A program made the position numbers and the translations under genes. A model generated the notes under the pieces. It worked only from the letters and a program-made list of their open reading frames with translations, made no database searches and had not been told where the DNA came from. From NCBI GenBank assembly GCA_963722185.1, contig CAVRKD010000004.1, positions 386,918 through 450,917 on the forward strand: DNA of 64,000 nucleotides, written 5' to 3'. Below are positions 37,978 through 47,674 of this stretch, one piece after another (positions within the stretch are counted from its first letter, which is position 1; each line of letters opens with the position of its first letter). This DNA is from an uncultured Actinomycetes bacterium. GTDB lineage: Bacteria; Actinomycetota; Acidimicrobiia; Acidimicrobiales; JACCXE01.

Positions 37978-38736
37978 ATGCCTACTACGACCACGGTTAC
38001 CGATCACATCGCCGAGATCGTGATGGACAACCCGCCGGTGAACGCGCTAACGGTTGCCGGTTGGTACGACGTGGCCGATCAGGTAACTGCCGCGGGTCGC
38101 AACGCCGATGTGCACGTGGTCGTGCTGCGGGCCGAAGGACGCGGCTTCAACGCCGGCGTCGACATCAAGGAGATGCAGAACACCGAGGGTTTCGAGGCGC
38201 TGATCGGCGCCAACAAGGGCTGCTTCGCCGCCTTCGCCGCGGTGTACGACTGCGAGGTTCCGGTGATCGCCGCCGTCAACGGGTTCTGCCTTGGCGGCGG
38301 GATCGGCCTAGTCGGCAACGCCGATGTGATCGTCGCCGCGGAGGACGCGACCTTCGGCCTGCCCGAAGTCGACCGGGGCGCGCTGGGCGCGGCCACGCAC
38401 CTCGCCCGGCTGGTGCCGCAGCACAAGATGCGGGCGATGGTCTACACGTCAGCCACGGCGACCGCCGCGGAACTGCACTACTTCGGCAGCGTCCTGCGCG
38501 TGGTGCCGCAGGCCGAGCTGCGCGCCGCCGCGATGGACATCGCCGCGCAGATCGCCGCCAAAAGCCCGACCGTCATCCGCGCCGCCAAGCAGTCGCTGAA
38601 CGGCATCGATCCCGTCGACGTGAAGCGCAGCTACCGCTACGAGCAGGGCTTCACCTTCGAGCTCAATCTGAGCGGTGTGGCCGACGAAGCGCGCGACGCG
38701 TTCGTCGACAAGCGCGACGCGAAATTCACCAAGTAA
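37978..38736 (+). CDS. echA20: enoyl-CoA hydratase EchA20 (HIP/ring C-D degradation)
   Basis: LRAEGRGFNAGVDIKEMQNTEGFEALIGANKGCFAAFAAVYDCEVPVIAAVNGFCLGGGIGLVGNADVIVAAEDATFGLPEVDRGALGAATHL is near-identical in pattern to M. tuberculosis EchA20 as I recall it. Followed by ipdAB. Confidence 0.85.
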   Translation: MPTTTTVTDHIAEIVMDNPPVNALTVAGWYDVADQVTAAGRNADVHVVVLRAEGRGFNAGVDIKEMQNTEGFEALIGANKGCFAAFAAVYDCEVPVIAAVNGFCLGGGIGLVGNADVIVAAEDATFGLPEVDRGALGAATHLARLVPQHKMRAMVYTSATATAAELHYFGSVLRVVPQAELRAAAMDIAAQIAAKSPTVIRAAKQSLNGIDPVDVKRSYRYEQGFTFELNLSGVADEARDAFVDKRDAKFTK

Positions 38737-39605
38737 TGGCGGCCACTGTGACTGGCAAGCGCACCACCGAAGAAGAAGTCGTCGCGTCACTCAGCGACGG
38801 CATGACCATCGCCATCGGGGGTTGGGGCTCGCGGCGGAAGCCCATGTCGATGGTGCGGGCGATCGCGCGCAGTCGATTAAGCGATCTAACGATCGTTTCC
38901 TACGGCGGACCAGACGTCGGCCTGCTGTGTGCGACCGGCCAGGCCAAGCGCATCATCTACGCCTTCGTGTCGCTCGACACCATCCCGCTCGAGCCCCACT
39001 TCCGGGCGGCGCGTCAAAGCGGCGCGGTCGAGGACGAGCCGCTCGACGAAGGCATGTTCCTGCTGTCGCTCCAAGCCGCCGCGTGGCGCGTGCCGTTCCT
39101 GCCCACCCGCGTCGGCCTCGGCAGCGATCTGTTCCGCGACAACCCCAAGCTGAAGCTGGTCAAGTCGCCGTATGACGACGGGGAGGAGCTGGTCGCCGTG
39201 CCCGCCATGGAACTCGACGCCGCGCTCATCCACCAGAACCGCGGCGACGACCGCGGCAACGGCCAGTTCCTCGGCCCCGACATCTACTTCGACGACCTGA
39301 TGGTGCAAGCGGCACCGACCGGGCGCCGTTTCATGAGCGTCGAACGCATCCTCGACACCAACGACATGGCCAAGGAAGGCTCGCACCACACGCGTCGCAT
39401 CAGCCGCATGTCGATCGACGGCGTGATCGAAGCGCCGAACGGCGCCCACTTCACCTCGTGCGATCCCGACTACCTACGCGACGAAGCGTTCCAGAAGGAG
39501 TACGCCGCCGCCGCCAAGACGCCCGAGGCGTTCGCCGAGTTCAAGACCAGCTGGATCGACCTGAGCGAAGCCGACTACCAGTCACGACTGCGAGCCCGCG
39601 GATGA
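38736..39605 (+). CDS. ipdA: COCHEA-CoA hydrolase (CoA-transferase-fold) alpha subunit IpdA
   Basis: DGMTIAIGGWGSRRKPMSMVRAIARS..LTIVSYGGPDVGLLC..FVSLD..DEGMFLLSLQAAAWRVPFLPTRVGLGS matches my recollection of Rv3551. TAATG coupling to echA20. Confidence 0.85.
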   Translation: MAATVTGKRTTEEEVVASLSDGMTIAIGGWGSRRKPMSMVRAIARSRLSDLTIVSYGGPDVGLLCATGQAKRIIYAFVSLDTIPLEPHFRAARQSGAVEDEPLDEGMFLLSLQAAAWRVPFLPTRVGLGSDLFRDNPKLKLVKSPYDDGEELVAVPAMELDAALIHQNRGDDRGNGQFLGPDIYFDDLMVQAAPTGRRFMSVERILDTNDMAKEGSHHTRRISRMSIDGVIEAPNGAHFTSCDPDYLRDEAFQKEYAAAAKTPEAFAEFKTSWIDLSEADYQSRLRARG

Positions 39606-40366
39606 CGACCACGACCGCCACCCGCGCCGACGTCTGCGCCGTCGCAGTGGCCGACACGTTCCGGGGCGACGGCGAGATCCTCTGCAACCCGATCGGCACC
39701 ATCCCGATGATCGGCGGCCGCCTCGCCCGCGCCAGCTTCGAACCCGACCTCTGCATGACCGACGGCGAGGCCGCCCTCATCGCCAACGACTCCGCGTACG
39801 AACTGAGCGCCGACGAGAAGATCTACGAATACTCCAATCCGTACCGCTCGATGTTCGACTGGGTCTGGTCGGGCCGCCGCCACGTGATGATGGGCGCCAC
39901 GCAGGTCGACCAGTACGGCAACCAGAACATCGCGGCGATCGGCGACTACGCCAAGCCGCGCACGCAGCTGCTCGGCTACCGCGGTGCGCCTGGCAACACG
40001 ATCAACGACACGACGTCGTACTGGGTGCCCAACCACAGCCCGCAAGTCGTGTGCGCCAAGGTCGACACCGTGTGCGGCATCGGTTACGACCGCGCCGCCG
40101 AGTTGGGCGACGCGGCGCGCTTTCACGAGATCCGCCGCGTCGTCACCAACTTGTGCGTGATCGACTTCGAAACGCCCGACCATCGGGCGCGGCTGCGCTC
40201 GCTGCATCCGGGCGTGACGGTCGACGAGGTGGTTGCGGCGACGGGGTTCGAACTCGTCATCGACGGCACACCGCCCGAGTCGCGGCTGCCAAACGACGAG
40301 GAACTGCGTCTGCTGTACACGGTCATCGATCCGGAAGGCCGGCGCGAGACCGAAGTCCCCAGCTGA
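39602..40366 (+). CDS. ipdB: COCHEA-CoA hydrolase beta subunit IpdB
   Basis: ATGA overlap with ipdA. Glutaconate-CoA-transferase-B-like: MMGATQVDQYGNQNIAAIGDYAKPRTQLLGYRGAPGNT, RRVVTNLCVIDFE. Confidence 0.85.
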   Translation: MTTTTATRADVCAVAVADTFRGDGEILCNPIGTIPMIGGRLARASFEPDLCMTDGEAALIANDSAYELSADEKIYEYSNPYRSMFDWVWSGRRHVMMGATQVDQYGNQNIAAIGDYAKPRTQLLGYRGAPGNTINDTTSYWVPNHSPQVVCAKVDTVCGIGYDRAAELGDAARFHEIRRVVTNLCVIDFETPDHRARLRSLHPGVTVDEVVAATGFELVIDGTPPESRLPNDEELRLLYTVIDPEGRRETEVPS

Positions 40367-41424
40367 TGCACCCTGCGCTGCACACTCGCCTGTGCGACCT
40401 GCTCGGCGTGCAATACCCGATCGTGCAGACCGGCATGGGTTATGTGGCCGGGGCCCGGCTGACCGCGGCGACGTCAAGCGCCGGCGCCTTCGGCATCATC
40501 GCCTCGGCCACGTTGGGCTTCGACGAACTCGCCCGCGCTATCGGTCAGGTAAAAGACCGCACCGACAAGCCCTTCGGCGTCAACCTGCGCGCCGACCAGG
40601 CCGACGCCGGCGACCGCATCGACCTCATGATCAAGCAGGGAGTGCGGGTCGCGTCGTTTGCGCAGGCGCCGAGCGAGGCGCTGATCAAGAAATGCAAGGA
40701 CGGCGGGCTCGTCGTGATCCCGTCGATCGGCGCCAAGCGCCACGCCGAAAAGGTGGCGCAGTGGGGCGTCGACGCCGTGATCGCCCAAGGCGGCGAAGGC
40801 GGCGGCCACACGGGATCGGTGCCGACCTCGCTGTTGCTCCCCCAAGTCGTCGACACGATCGATATCCCGGTCATCGCCGCCGGCGGTTATTTCGACGGCC
40901 GCGGCCTCGTCGCCGCACTGGCCTACGGCGCGTCCGGCATCGCCATGGGCACGCGCTTCCTGCTGACGAGCGACTCCACGGTGCCCGACTCGGTCAAGCA
41001 GGTGTACCTGTCGAAGGCCGTGACCGACACAATGGTGACGACCCAGGTCGACGGGGTCCCGCACCGCGTCCTCCGCACCGAGTTCACCGACCAACTCGAC
41101 CAGACCAACACCGTTACATCGTTGCCGCGCGCCATCCGCAACGCGTTCGCGTTCAAGAAGCTGTCGGGGGAGAAGTGGTCGGCCATCGTGCGCGAGGGCC
41201 TGGCCAACAAGCGCTCACAAGAGCTGTCGTGGAGTCAGGTCGTGATGCAGGCCAACACGCCGATGCTGCTCAAGGCGGCGATGGTCGACGGCCGTCCCGA
41301 ACTCGGCGTGATGGCCAGCGGGCAAGTCGTCGGCGTCATCGACGACCTGCCGACGTGTAAAGAAGTGGTCGACCGCGTGATGAGCGAAGCGACCGAGACA
41401 CTGGAGCGACTGTGCCCGAACTAA
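40366..41424 (+). CDS. ipdC: NMO-family enoyl-CoA reductase IpdC
   Basis: TGATG coupling to ipdB. YPIVQTGMGYVAGARLTAATSSAGAFGII, VIAQGGEGGGHTG, IAAGGYFDGRGLVAALAYGASGIAMGTRFL. Synteny echA20-ipdA-ipdB-ipdC. Confidence 0.8.
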   Translation: MHPALHTRLCDLLGVQYPIVQTGMGYVAGARLTAATSSAGAFGIIASATLGFDELARAIGQVKDRTDKPFGVNLRADQADAGDRIDLMIKQGVRVASFAQAPSEALIKKCKDGGLVVIPSIGAKRHAEKVAQWGVDAVIAQGGEGGGHTGSVPTSLLLPQVVDTIDIPVIAAGGYFDGRGLVAALAYGASGIAMGTRFLLTSDSTVPDSVKQVYLSKAVTDTMVTTQVDGVPHRVLRTEFTDQLDQTNTVTSLPRAIRNAFAFKKLSGEKWSAIVREGLANKRSQELSWSQVVMQANTPMLLKAAMVDGRPELGVMASGQVVGVIDDLPTCKEVVDRVMSEATETLERLCPN

Positions 41425-41888
41425 CCAAGCAGACCATCGACTGGATTGACCGAGCCCCGGTTCGCGTCGAGGCGCGCTCCGAGTCGACGGCGTCACCGGA
41501 CAAGGTGTTCGCCGTACTCGCCGATCACGAGCGCTGGCCCGAGTGGTTCCCGTCGGTACGGAAGGTCACGGTTCTCGGCCCTGCCGAGGGTGTCGGCGCG
41601 CGGCGCCGTGTCGCGATCCCCGGGATGACAGTCGACGAGGAGTTCATCGTGTGGGAGCCCGGTGCCCGCTGGTCGTTCACCGGGTACGAAGCGAAGCCGC
41701 GGTTCACGCGTTCGCTGGTCGAGGACTGCGTCCTCACGCCACTGCCCGACGGCGGTACCGCCATCAGCTACACGATGTACCTCGACCCCGCCGGCCCCAT
41801 CGGCTTTTTGATGAAGCTCGCCGTGGGGCGCCTGCGCAAGAACAACACGAAGGCAATGCAAAACCTGGCGGAACGCGCCGCCAGCTAA
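41412..41888 (+). CDS. SRPBCC (START-like) ligand-binding protein
   Basis: 158 aa, overlapping the ipdC end by 13 nt. SPDKVFAVLADHERWPEWFPSV. Confidence 0.6.
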   Translation: MPELTKQTIDWIDRAPVRVEARSESTASPDKVFAVLADHERWPEWFPSVRKVTVLGPAEGVGARRRVAIPGMTVDEEFIVWEPGARWSFTGYEAKPRFTRSLVEDCVLTPLPDGGTAISYTMYLDPAGPIGFLMKLAVGRLRKNNTKAMQNLAERAAS

Positions 41889-41910
41889 CCCGGGGTCGCG
41901 ACTGGTGCCG

Positions 41911-41958
41911 CGAAACCGCCCTGGAATCGGCGATCTGGCGCGTTTCAGGGGCGGTTTG
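41911..41958. terminator. imperfect GC-rich hairpin between convergent genes
   Basis: CGAAACCGCCCTGGAA ... TTCAGGGGCGGTTTGG (one bulge). Lies in the gap between the stops at 41888 (+) and 41986 (-). Confidence 0.3.
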
Positions 41959-41985
41959 GTGGCAAGCGTCGCGACGCGCGTGCCG

Positions 41986-43134
41986 TTACAGACGTTCGAT
42001 GATCGTGACGTTGGCTTGGCCGCCGCCCTCGCACATCGTCTGCAGGCCGTAGCGGCCGCCGGTGCGTTCGAGCTCGCAGAGCAACGTCGTCATCAGACGG
42101 ACGCCCGTCGCGCCCAATGGATGACCCAGGGCGATGGCGCCGCCGTTGACGTTGACCTTCGCCAAGTCGGCGCCGGTCTCCTTCTGCCAGGCCAGCACCA
42201 CCGAGGCGAACGCCTCGTTGATCTCGACGAGGTCGATGTCGTCCATCGTCATACCGGTCTTCGTGAACGCGTGGGCCGTCGCCGGGATGGGCGCCGACAG
42301 CATCATGATCGGGTCTTCGCCGCGCACTGAGATGTGATGGACGCGGGCACGCGGCGTGAGTCCGTGGTCCTTCACCGCTTGCTCGGACGCGATCAGCATG
42401 GCGGCCGACGCGTCGGACAGCTGCGACGACACCGCCGCGGTCAGGCGCCCGCCGTCGATGAGCGTCTTGAGCGACGCCATCTTCTCGAGCGACGTCTCAC
42501 GCGGGCCTTCGTCGACACGGCATTCACCGAGCGGAACGATCTGGGAGTCGAACCGTCCTTCGGCGATCGCCCGCCGGGCACGTTCGTGCGACTCAAGGGC
42601 GAACGCCTCCATGTCCTCGCGGCTGATGTCCCACTTCTTGGCGATCATCTCGGCGCCGGTGAACTGCGACACCTCGCCGTCGCCGTAGCGCTTGACCCAG
42701 CCTTCGGAGCCGGAGAACGGATCGGTGAACCCGAGCGGCTCGGCCATCGTCATCGCCGAGGAGATCGGGATCTGCGACATGTTCTGCACGCCGCCGGCGA
42801 CCACGAGATCGGCCGTGCCGCTCATCACCGCCTGCGCGGCGAAGTGCACCGCCTGCTGCGACGAACCGCACTGCCGGTCGATCGTCACGCCCGGCACTTC
42901 TTCCGGCAACCCGGCAACGAGCCAGCACGTGCGGGCGATGTCGCCCGCCTGCGGCCCGAGGGTGTCGACGCAGCCGAACATCACGTCGTCGACGGCGGAC
43001 GGGTCGATGCCCGTCCGATCCATCAGCGCGCTCAGCGAGTGCGCGCCGAGATCGGCCGGATGCACGTGCGACAACCCACCGCCGCGCTTTCCAACTGGTG
43101 TGCGAACGGCGTCGACGATGTAGGCCTCAGGCAC
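41986..43134 (-). CDS. acetyl-CoA C-acyltransferase (thiolase, FadA6/FadA5-like)
   Basis: 382 aa; [52 protein letters not shown]. Overlaps the 3' end of the P450 gene by 8 nt (operon). Confidence 0.85.
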   Translation of the reverse strand: MPEAYIVDAVRTPVGKRGGGLSHVHPADLGAHSLSALMDRTGIDPSAVDDVMFGCVDTLGPQAGDIARTCWLVAGLPEEVPGVTIDRQCGSSQQAVHFAAQAVMSGTADLVVAGGVQNMSQIPISSAMTMAEPLGFTDPFSGSEGWVKRYGDGEVSQFTGAEMIAKKWDISREDMEAFALESHERARRAIAEGRFDSQIVPLGECRVDEGPRETSLEKMASLKTLIDGGRLTAAVSSQLSDASAAMLIASEQAVKDHGLTPRARVHHISVRGEDPIMMLSAPIPATAHAFTKTGMTMDDIDLVEINEAFASVVLAWQKETGADLAKVNVNGGAIALGHPLGATGVRLMTTLLCELERTGGRYGLQTMCEGGGQANVTIIERL

Positions 43135-44350
43135 GGGCTGCCTCCGGTGTGAAGGTGACGGGCATGTTCTTGATGCCGTTGATGAAGTTCGAGCGCAGCC
43201 GGCGCGGCTCGCCGGCGAGTTCCATGTCGGGCAGCCGGCGTAGCAGTTCTTCCATGATCACCTTCATCTCGAGGCGGGCGAGGTTGGCGCCGAGGCAGAA
43301 GTGATGACCGCCGCCGCCGAACGCGTGGCTCAGCGTGTGCAGGTTGGGGTCGCGGCGGATGTTGAAGGTGAACGGATCGTCGAAGATGTCCTCGTCGCGG
43401 TTGGCCGACGAGTACCACATCATCACGCGGTCGCCTTCCTTGATCTTCTGACCGCGAATTTCGGTGTCGTGCATCGCCGTGCGCTTGAAGTGCATGACGG
43501 GCGTGGACCAGCGGAGGAACTCTTCGATCGCACCGTCGATGAGCGACGGGTCGTCGAGGAGAAGCCGTCGTTGGTCGGGGTGTTCGATCAACGTGAGCAT
43601 GGCGTGCGAGATGCCGTTGCGCGTCGTCTCGTTCCCGGCGACGGCGAGCAGCATGAAGAACATGTTGAACTCCATCTCGTCGAGAAACTCGCCGTCGTGC
43701 GGCGTGAGGAGATTGGTGACGATGTCGTCGCGCGGGGTGGCGCGCCGGTCATCGGCTAGCCCTTGGGCGTACATGTACAACTCGGCGGCGGCCTCGCGGG
43801 CGTCCTCTTCACCGGTGCCGAACTCGGGGTCGTCGAAGCCGATGAGCTTGTTGCTGAAGTCGAAGACCTTGTGCCGGTCCTCCTGCGGGATGCCGACCAG
43901 GTCGGCGATCGCCTGCAAGGGAAGTTCGCACGCCACGTCGAGCACGAAGTCGCATTCGCCCTTCCGTGCGATGGCGTCGACGATTTCCTTCGACCGCTGA
44001 ATGAGCATGCCGTGCAGTTCCTTGATGCGGCTCGGCGTGAAGCCGCGGTTGACGATCCGGCGCAGCTTGGTGTGGTCGGGCGGATCGAGGTTCAGCATCA
44101 TGAGCCGCACTTCCGAAAGCGCCGGCTCGTCTTCGACGTTGTAAAGCGCCGAGCGGGCGTAGGACGAGAACAGCTTCGAATCGCGGCTGGCGTGGGCCAC
44201 GTCGTCGTGCTTGGTGAGGTTCCAGAAGCCGCCGCGCTCGTCGGTGTGCCAGAACACGGGCGCCTCGTGGCGCAGGAAGGTGAACTGATCGTGCGGCACG
44301 GCCCGCTCGAAGATCTCCGGGTCGACGAGGTTGATGTCGCTCAGCTGCAT
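43127..44350 (-). CDS. cyp125: cytochrome P450, CYP125-like steroid C26-monooxygenase
   Basis: 407 aa; MLNLDPPDHTKLRRIVNRGFTP, ELPLQAIADLVGIPQEDRHKVF, heme loop FGGGGHHFCLGANLARLE. The pattern follows CYP125A1 as I recall it. A KstR box lies in the divergent promoter. Confidence 0.75.
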   Translation of the reverse strand: MQLSDINLVDPEIFERAVPHDQFTFLRHEAPVFWHTDERGGFWNLTKHDDVAHASRDSKLFSSYARSALYNVEDEPALSEVRLMMLNLDPPDHTKLRRIVNRGFTPSRIKELHGMLIQRSKEIVDAIARKGECDFVLDVACELPLQAIADLVGIPQEDRHKVFDFSNKLIGFDDPEFGTGEEDAREAAAELYMYAQGLADDRRATPRDDIVTNLLTPHDGEFLDEMEFNMFFMLLAVAGNETTRNGISHAMLTLIEHPDQRRLLLDDPSLIDGAIEEFLRWSTPVMHFKRTAMHDTEIRGQKIKEGDRVMMWYSSANRDEDIFDDPFTFNIRRDPNLHTLSHAFGGGGHHFCLGANLARLEMKVIMEELLRRLPDMELAGEPRRLRSNFINGIKNMPVTFTPEAARA

Positions 44351-44384
44351 CCGGCTGCTCCCTTCCGATTCTTGGAACCGTAAC

Positions 44385-44398
44385 TAGAACACATTCTA
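44385..44398. promoter_or_regulatory. KstR operator-like box TAGAACACATTCTA
   Basis: One mismatch (ATT for GTT). Lies in the divergent gap between cyp125-like (start 44350, minus) and the EchA19-like gene (start 44421). Confidence 0.65.
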
Positions 44399-44420
44399 GT
44401 TTCAGCGTACGGTAGCCCAC

Positions 44421-45221
44421 ATGAGTGAACCGCATCTCGTCGTCGAGCGCGACGGCCACATCGTCACCCTCACCATGAACCGGCCCGAGCGCAAGAACGC
44501 CTTCAGCACCGAGATGCTGGTTCGCGCCTACGACGCCTGGCAGATGATCAACGACGATCCCGAGGTCCGCGTGGCGATCCTCACCGGCGCCGGCGGCGAC
44601 TTCTGCAGCGGCGCCGACCTCAAGGAGATGGCGGGCGGCTACGGCAACGACACCAACGAATGGCGCGACCGCATCGCCGCCGACTCCGACCTGCACTGGA
44701 AGGCGCTGTTGCGTCATTACCGCCCGATGAAGCCGCTGATCGCGGCCGTCGAGGGCTACGCCGTAGCCGGCGGGACCGAGGTGCTGCAGGCCACCGACAT
44801 CCGAATCGCGGGGGAGAGCGCCATCTTCGGGGTGACCGAAGTGCGCCGCGGCCTGTTCCCCGTGGGCGGCTCGACCATCCGTCTCCGCCGCCAGATCCCG
44901 TACACGGTGGCCGCCGAGATCCTGCTGACCGGTCGCCACGTGACCGCCGCGGAGGCCAAGGACATCGGCCTCATCGGCGAGGTCGTGCCCGACGGTCAGG
45001 CGTTGACACGGGCGAAGGAAGTGGCCGAGATGATCGCCGGCAACGGCCCGCTCTCGGTGCAGGCCATCCTTCGTTCGCTGCGCGAGACCGAAGGCATGAC
45101 CGAGGAAGAAGGCCTGGCGCGCGAACTCGAACTCGGCTGGCCCGTCTTCGCCACCAACGACGCCAAGGAAGGCCCCAAGGCGTTCGCCGAAAAGCGCACG
45201 CCCAACTTCACCGGAACCTAA
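44421..45221 (+). CDS. enoyl-CoA hydratase/isomerase (EchA19-like)
   Basis: 266 aa; ILTGAGGDFCSGADLKEM, IAAVEGYAVAGGTEVLQATDIRIAGESAIFGVTEVRRGLFP. Confidence 0.8.
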   Translation: MSEPHLVVERDGHIVTLTMNRPERKNAFSTEMLVRAYDAWQMINDDPEVRVAILTGAGGDFCSGADLKEMAGGYGNDTNEWRDRIAADSDLHWKALLRHYRPMKPLIAAVEGYAVAGGTEVLQATDIRIAGESAIFGVTEVRRGLFPVGGSTIRLRRQIPYTVAAEILLTGRHVTAAEAKDIGLIGEVVPDGQALTRAKEVAEMIAGNGPLSVQAILRSLRETEGMTEEEGLARELELGWPVFATNDAKEGPKAFAEKRTPNFTGT

Positions 45222-45226
45222 GCCAT

Positions 45227-45275
45227 CTTCTTGTGTCGTTTGCCCGCGAAGACCGCGGGCAAACGACACAAGAAG
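45227..45275. repeat. family A intergenic hairpin repeat, copy 3
   Basis: CTTCTTGTGTCGTTTGCCCGCGAAGACCGCGGGCAAACGACACAAGAAG, a perfect 22-bp stem with a 5-nt loop. Begins 6 nt after the EchA stop, between convergent genes. Confidence 0.85.
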
Positions 45276-45281
45276 TAGATG

Positions 45282-46847
45282 TCAGTTCACCTGGCGGGCG
45301 GTGTCGCCCCAGTACTGGGCCCGCAGTGCTTTCTTGTCGGGCTTGCCGAGGCCGCTGACGGGGATGGCGTCGACGAAGTCGACCGACTTGGGCGCGTGCG
45401 CGGAACCTTTCTTGTCCTTCACCAGCGCCATCAGTTCCTCGGGCTCGACCTTCATGTCGGGCCGCAACACCACGACTGCCTTCACGGCCTCGCCCCAGCG
45501 GTCGTCGGGCACGCCGATCACGGCCACGGCACCGACGGCGGGGTGCGTCGAGATCACGTCTTCGATCTCACGCGGGTACAGGTTGAACCCACCGGAGACG
45601 ATCATGTCCTTCTTACGGTCGACGATGGTCATGAAGCCGTCTTTGTCGGCGCGAGCGATGTCGCCGGTGTGCAGCCAACCGCCGGCGAAGGCCGCGTCGG
45701 TTTCCTCGGGCTTGTTCCAATAGCCCTCCATCACCAACGGTCCCTGCACGCAGATCTCGCCGGGCTCGCCGGGCGCCACTTCGTTGTTGTCGTCGTCGAG
45801 CAGGGCGACGTGCACCCACGGCACCGGTCGACCGCAGGTGGCGAGTCGTTCGAGATTGTTCACGTCGTGCTCGCCCTTGCGCAGCACGCTGATGGTCATC
45901 GGGCACTCCGACTGCCCGAAGAACTGGAAGAAGATCGGACCGAGCTTGTCGATCGCTTCCTTCAACCGCGTCGGGTTCGCCGCCGCGGCGCCGTAATAGA
46001 CCGTCTGCAACGACGACAGATCAGCCTCGGCGAACCCGGGGTGATCCATCAGCATGTACAGCATCGTCGGGACGAGCATCGTCGCCGTGATCTTGTATTT
46101 CTCGATCAGCTCGAACAGCTTGCCGGGATCGAAGCCGGCCGACACCACGATCGACCCGCCGCGCAGCAACGTCGGAATGATGAAGGCTGCGCCGGCGTGC
46201 GACAGCGGCGTCATGATCAGGAAGCGCAGATCCTCGGGCCACTCCCACTCGGCCATCTGAATCTGCGTCATCGTCGCCGAGCTGCGGTACGAGCTCATGA
46301 CACCTTTAGGCTTGCCGGTCGTACCGCCTGTGTAGATGAGGCCCGACACATCGGTCGGGTTTACCTCCGCCGCCACGAGCTTCTGTGGTGAGTACTTCGC
46401 CGCCAACTCGAGATAGTTCGTGCCGACCTCGTCGTCCCCGAAGGCCAGCAGGTTCTTGAGACCGGGCACGCGCTCTTTCAACTCGGCGGCGCGGGCGCCG
46501 TAGGTCGCGGGGTCGTACACCAGCGTCTCGATGCCGGCGTCTCCGAGGATGTATGCGTGGTCGTCGAGCGACCCGAGCGGGTGCAGGGGAGTGGTGCGGC
46601 AGCCGGTGACCATCGTCGCCCCCATGTTGAAGATGACTTCGGGGCGGTTGGCCGACAGCACCGACGTCGGGCTGCCCTTGCCGATGCCGAGACTGGCGAG
46701 GGCCTGCGCGTACTGGCTGATCTGGTCGCGCATCTGTGCGCCCGTCAGTACCTCGTCGCCAATGTGGACGGCGGGCTTGTCGAGGTTGGCGTCGAGCGCC
46801 GCAATGAGGAGGTCGGCGAGGTAGACGCCGCGGTGCAGGTCGGTCAT
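45282..46847 (-). CDS. long-chain/steroid acyl-CoA synthetase (FadD family)
   Basis: Intact; LIYTGGTTGKPKGV, TPLSHAGA, FGQSECP, WLHTGDIARADKDGFMTIVDRKKDMIVSGGFNLYPREIE. ATG 46847 preferred over the GTG at 46865. Confidence 0.85.
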   Translation of the reverse strand: MTDLHRGVYLADLLIAALDANLDKPAVHIGDEVLTGAQMRDQISQYAQALASLGIGKGSPTSVLSANRPEVIFNMGATMVTGCRTTPLHPLGSLDDHAYILGDAGIETLVYDPATYGARAAELKERVPGLKNLLAFGDDEVGTNYLELAAKYSPQKLVAAEVNPTDVSGLIYTGGTTGKPKGVMSSYRSSATMTQIQMAEWEWPEDLRFLIMTPLSHAGAAFIIPTLLRGGSIVVSAGFDPGKLFELIEKYKITATMLVPTMLYMLMDHPGFAEADLSSLQTVYYGAAAANPTRLKEAIDKLGPIFFQFFGQSECPMTISVLRKGEHDVNNLERLATCGRPVPWVHVALLDDDNNEVAPGEPGEICVQGPLVMEGYWNKPEETDAAFAGGWLHTGDIARADKDGFMTIVDRKKDMIVSGGFNLYPREIEDVISTHPAVGAVAVIGVPDDRWGEAVKAVVVLRPDMKVEPEELMALVKDKKGSAHAPKSVDFVDAIPVSGLGKPDKKALRAQYWGDTARQVN

Positions 46848-46855
46848 GGCGGCAT

Positions 46856-46872
46856 TCTGACGCACCGTCAGG
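46856..46872. promoter_or_regulatory. motif 2 site TCTGACGCACCGTCAGG
   Basis: 16/17 identical to the 5857 site, including the CAC spacer. Lies 9 nt upstream of the FadD ATG (46847, minus) and about 50 nt upstream of the sirtuin gene. Confidence 0.5.
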
Positions 46873-46924
46873 TTTCCTGCGCACTGCGACCTCGTCTCTC
46901 TTGTGGCTGCCAGAATCTCCGTCC

Positions 46925-47674
46925 GTGAGCACCGACCAGGTCCGTGACTGGCTCCGCATGACCGACAACGCCGTGGTCCTCACCGGCGCCGGCATCTCCA
47001 CCAACTCAGGTATCCCCGACTTCCGCGGGCCCAACGGGATCTGGACCAAGAACCCGCGGGCCGAGGTCGCGAGCAACATCGACAACTACGTGAACAACCC
47101 GGACTACCGCGTGGAGGTGTGGCAGCGCCGGGCGACGGCCGACACGTGGGACGCGCAGCCGAACTCGGCGCACATCGCCATCGCCGAGCTGCAACGGGCG
47201 GGCTCGGTTTCCTACGTGGTGACGCAGAACGTCGACGGTCTCCACCAGGCGGGCGGTTCACCGCCCGAGACGGTCATCGAAGTCCACGGCACGATGCGGC
47301 GCACGCGCTGTTTGGATTGTCGCGACGAGCGGCCGATCGCCGAGACGGTCGATCGCGTGCGCAACGGTGAGCCGGATCCGCCGTGTCTCGTCTGCGGCGG
47401 CATCCTGAAGTCGGCCACCATCAGCTTCGGTCAGCAGCTCGATCCCGACGTGCTCGACAAGGCGGCCGAGGTGTGCGGCGCGACGCCGCTGCTGATCGTC
47501 GTCGGCTCGACCCTCGGGGTGTATCCCGCGGCTGGTCTCGTGCCCTTGGCCGTCCGCGCCGGCGCAACTTTGGTAATCGTGAACGACGAAGAAACGCCCT
47601 ACGACGACATCGCCGATGTCATCCTGCGCGAGGACATCGGCGTGGTCGTGCCCGCGTTCGTCGCGTCGACCTAG
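46925..47674 (+). CDS. NAD-dependent protein deacylase (Sir2/CobB family)
   Basis: VVLTGAGISTNSGIPDFRGPNGIWT, QNVDGLH, Zn ribbon CLDC...CLVCGG. The start is uncertain (GTG 46925, ATG 46958 or TTG 46901). Confidence 0.8.
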   Translation: MSTDQVRDWLRMTDNAVVLTGAGISTNSGIPDFRGPNGIWTKNPRAEVASNIDNYVNNPDYRVEVWQRRATADTWDAQPNSAHIAIAELQRAGSVSYVVTQNVDGLHQAGGSPPETVIEVHGTMRRTRCLDCRDERPIAETVDRVRNGEPDPPCLVCGGILKSATISFGQQLDPDVLDKAAEVCGATPLLIVVGSTLGVYPAAGLVPLAVRAGATLVIVNDEETPYDDIADVILREDIGVVVPAFVAST

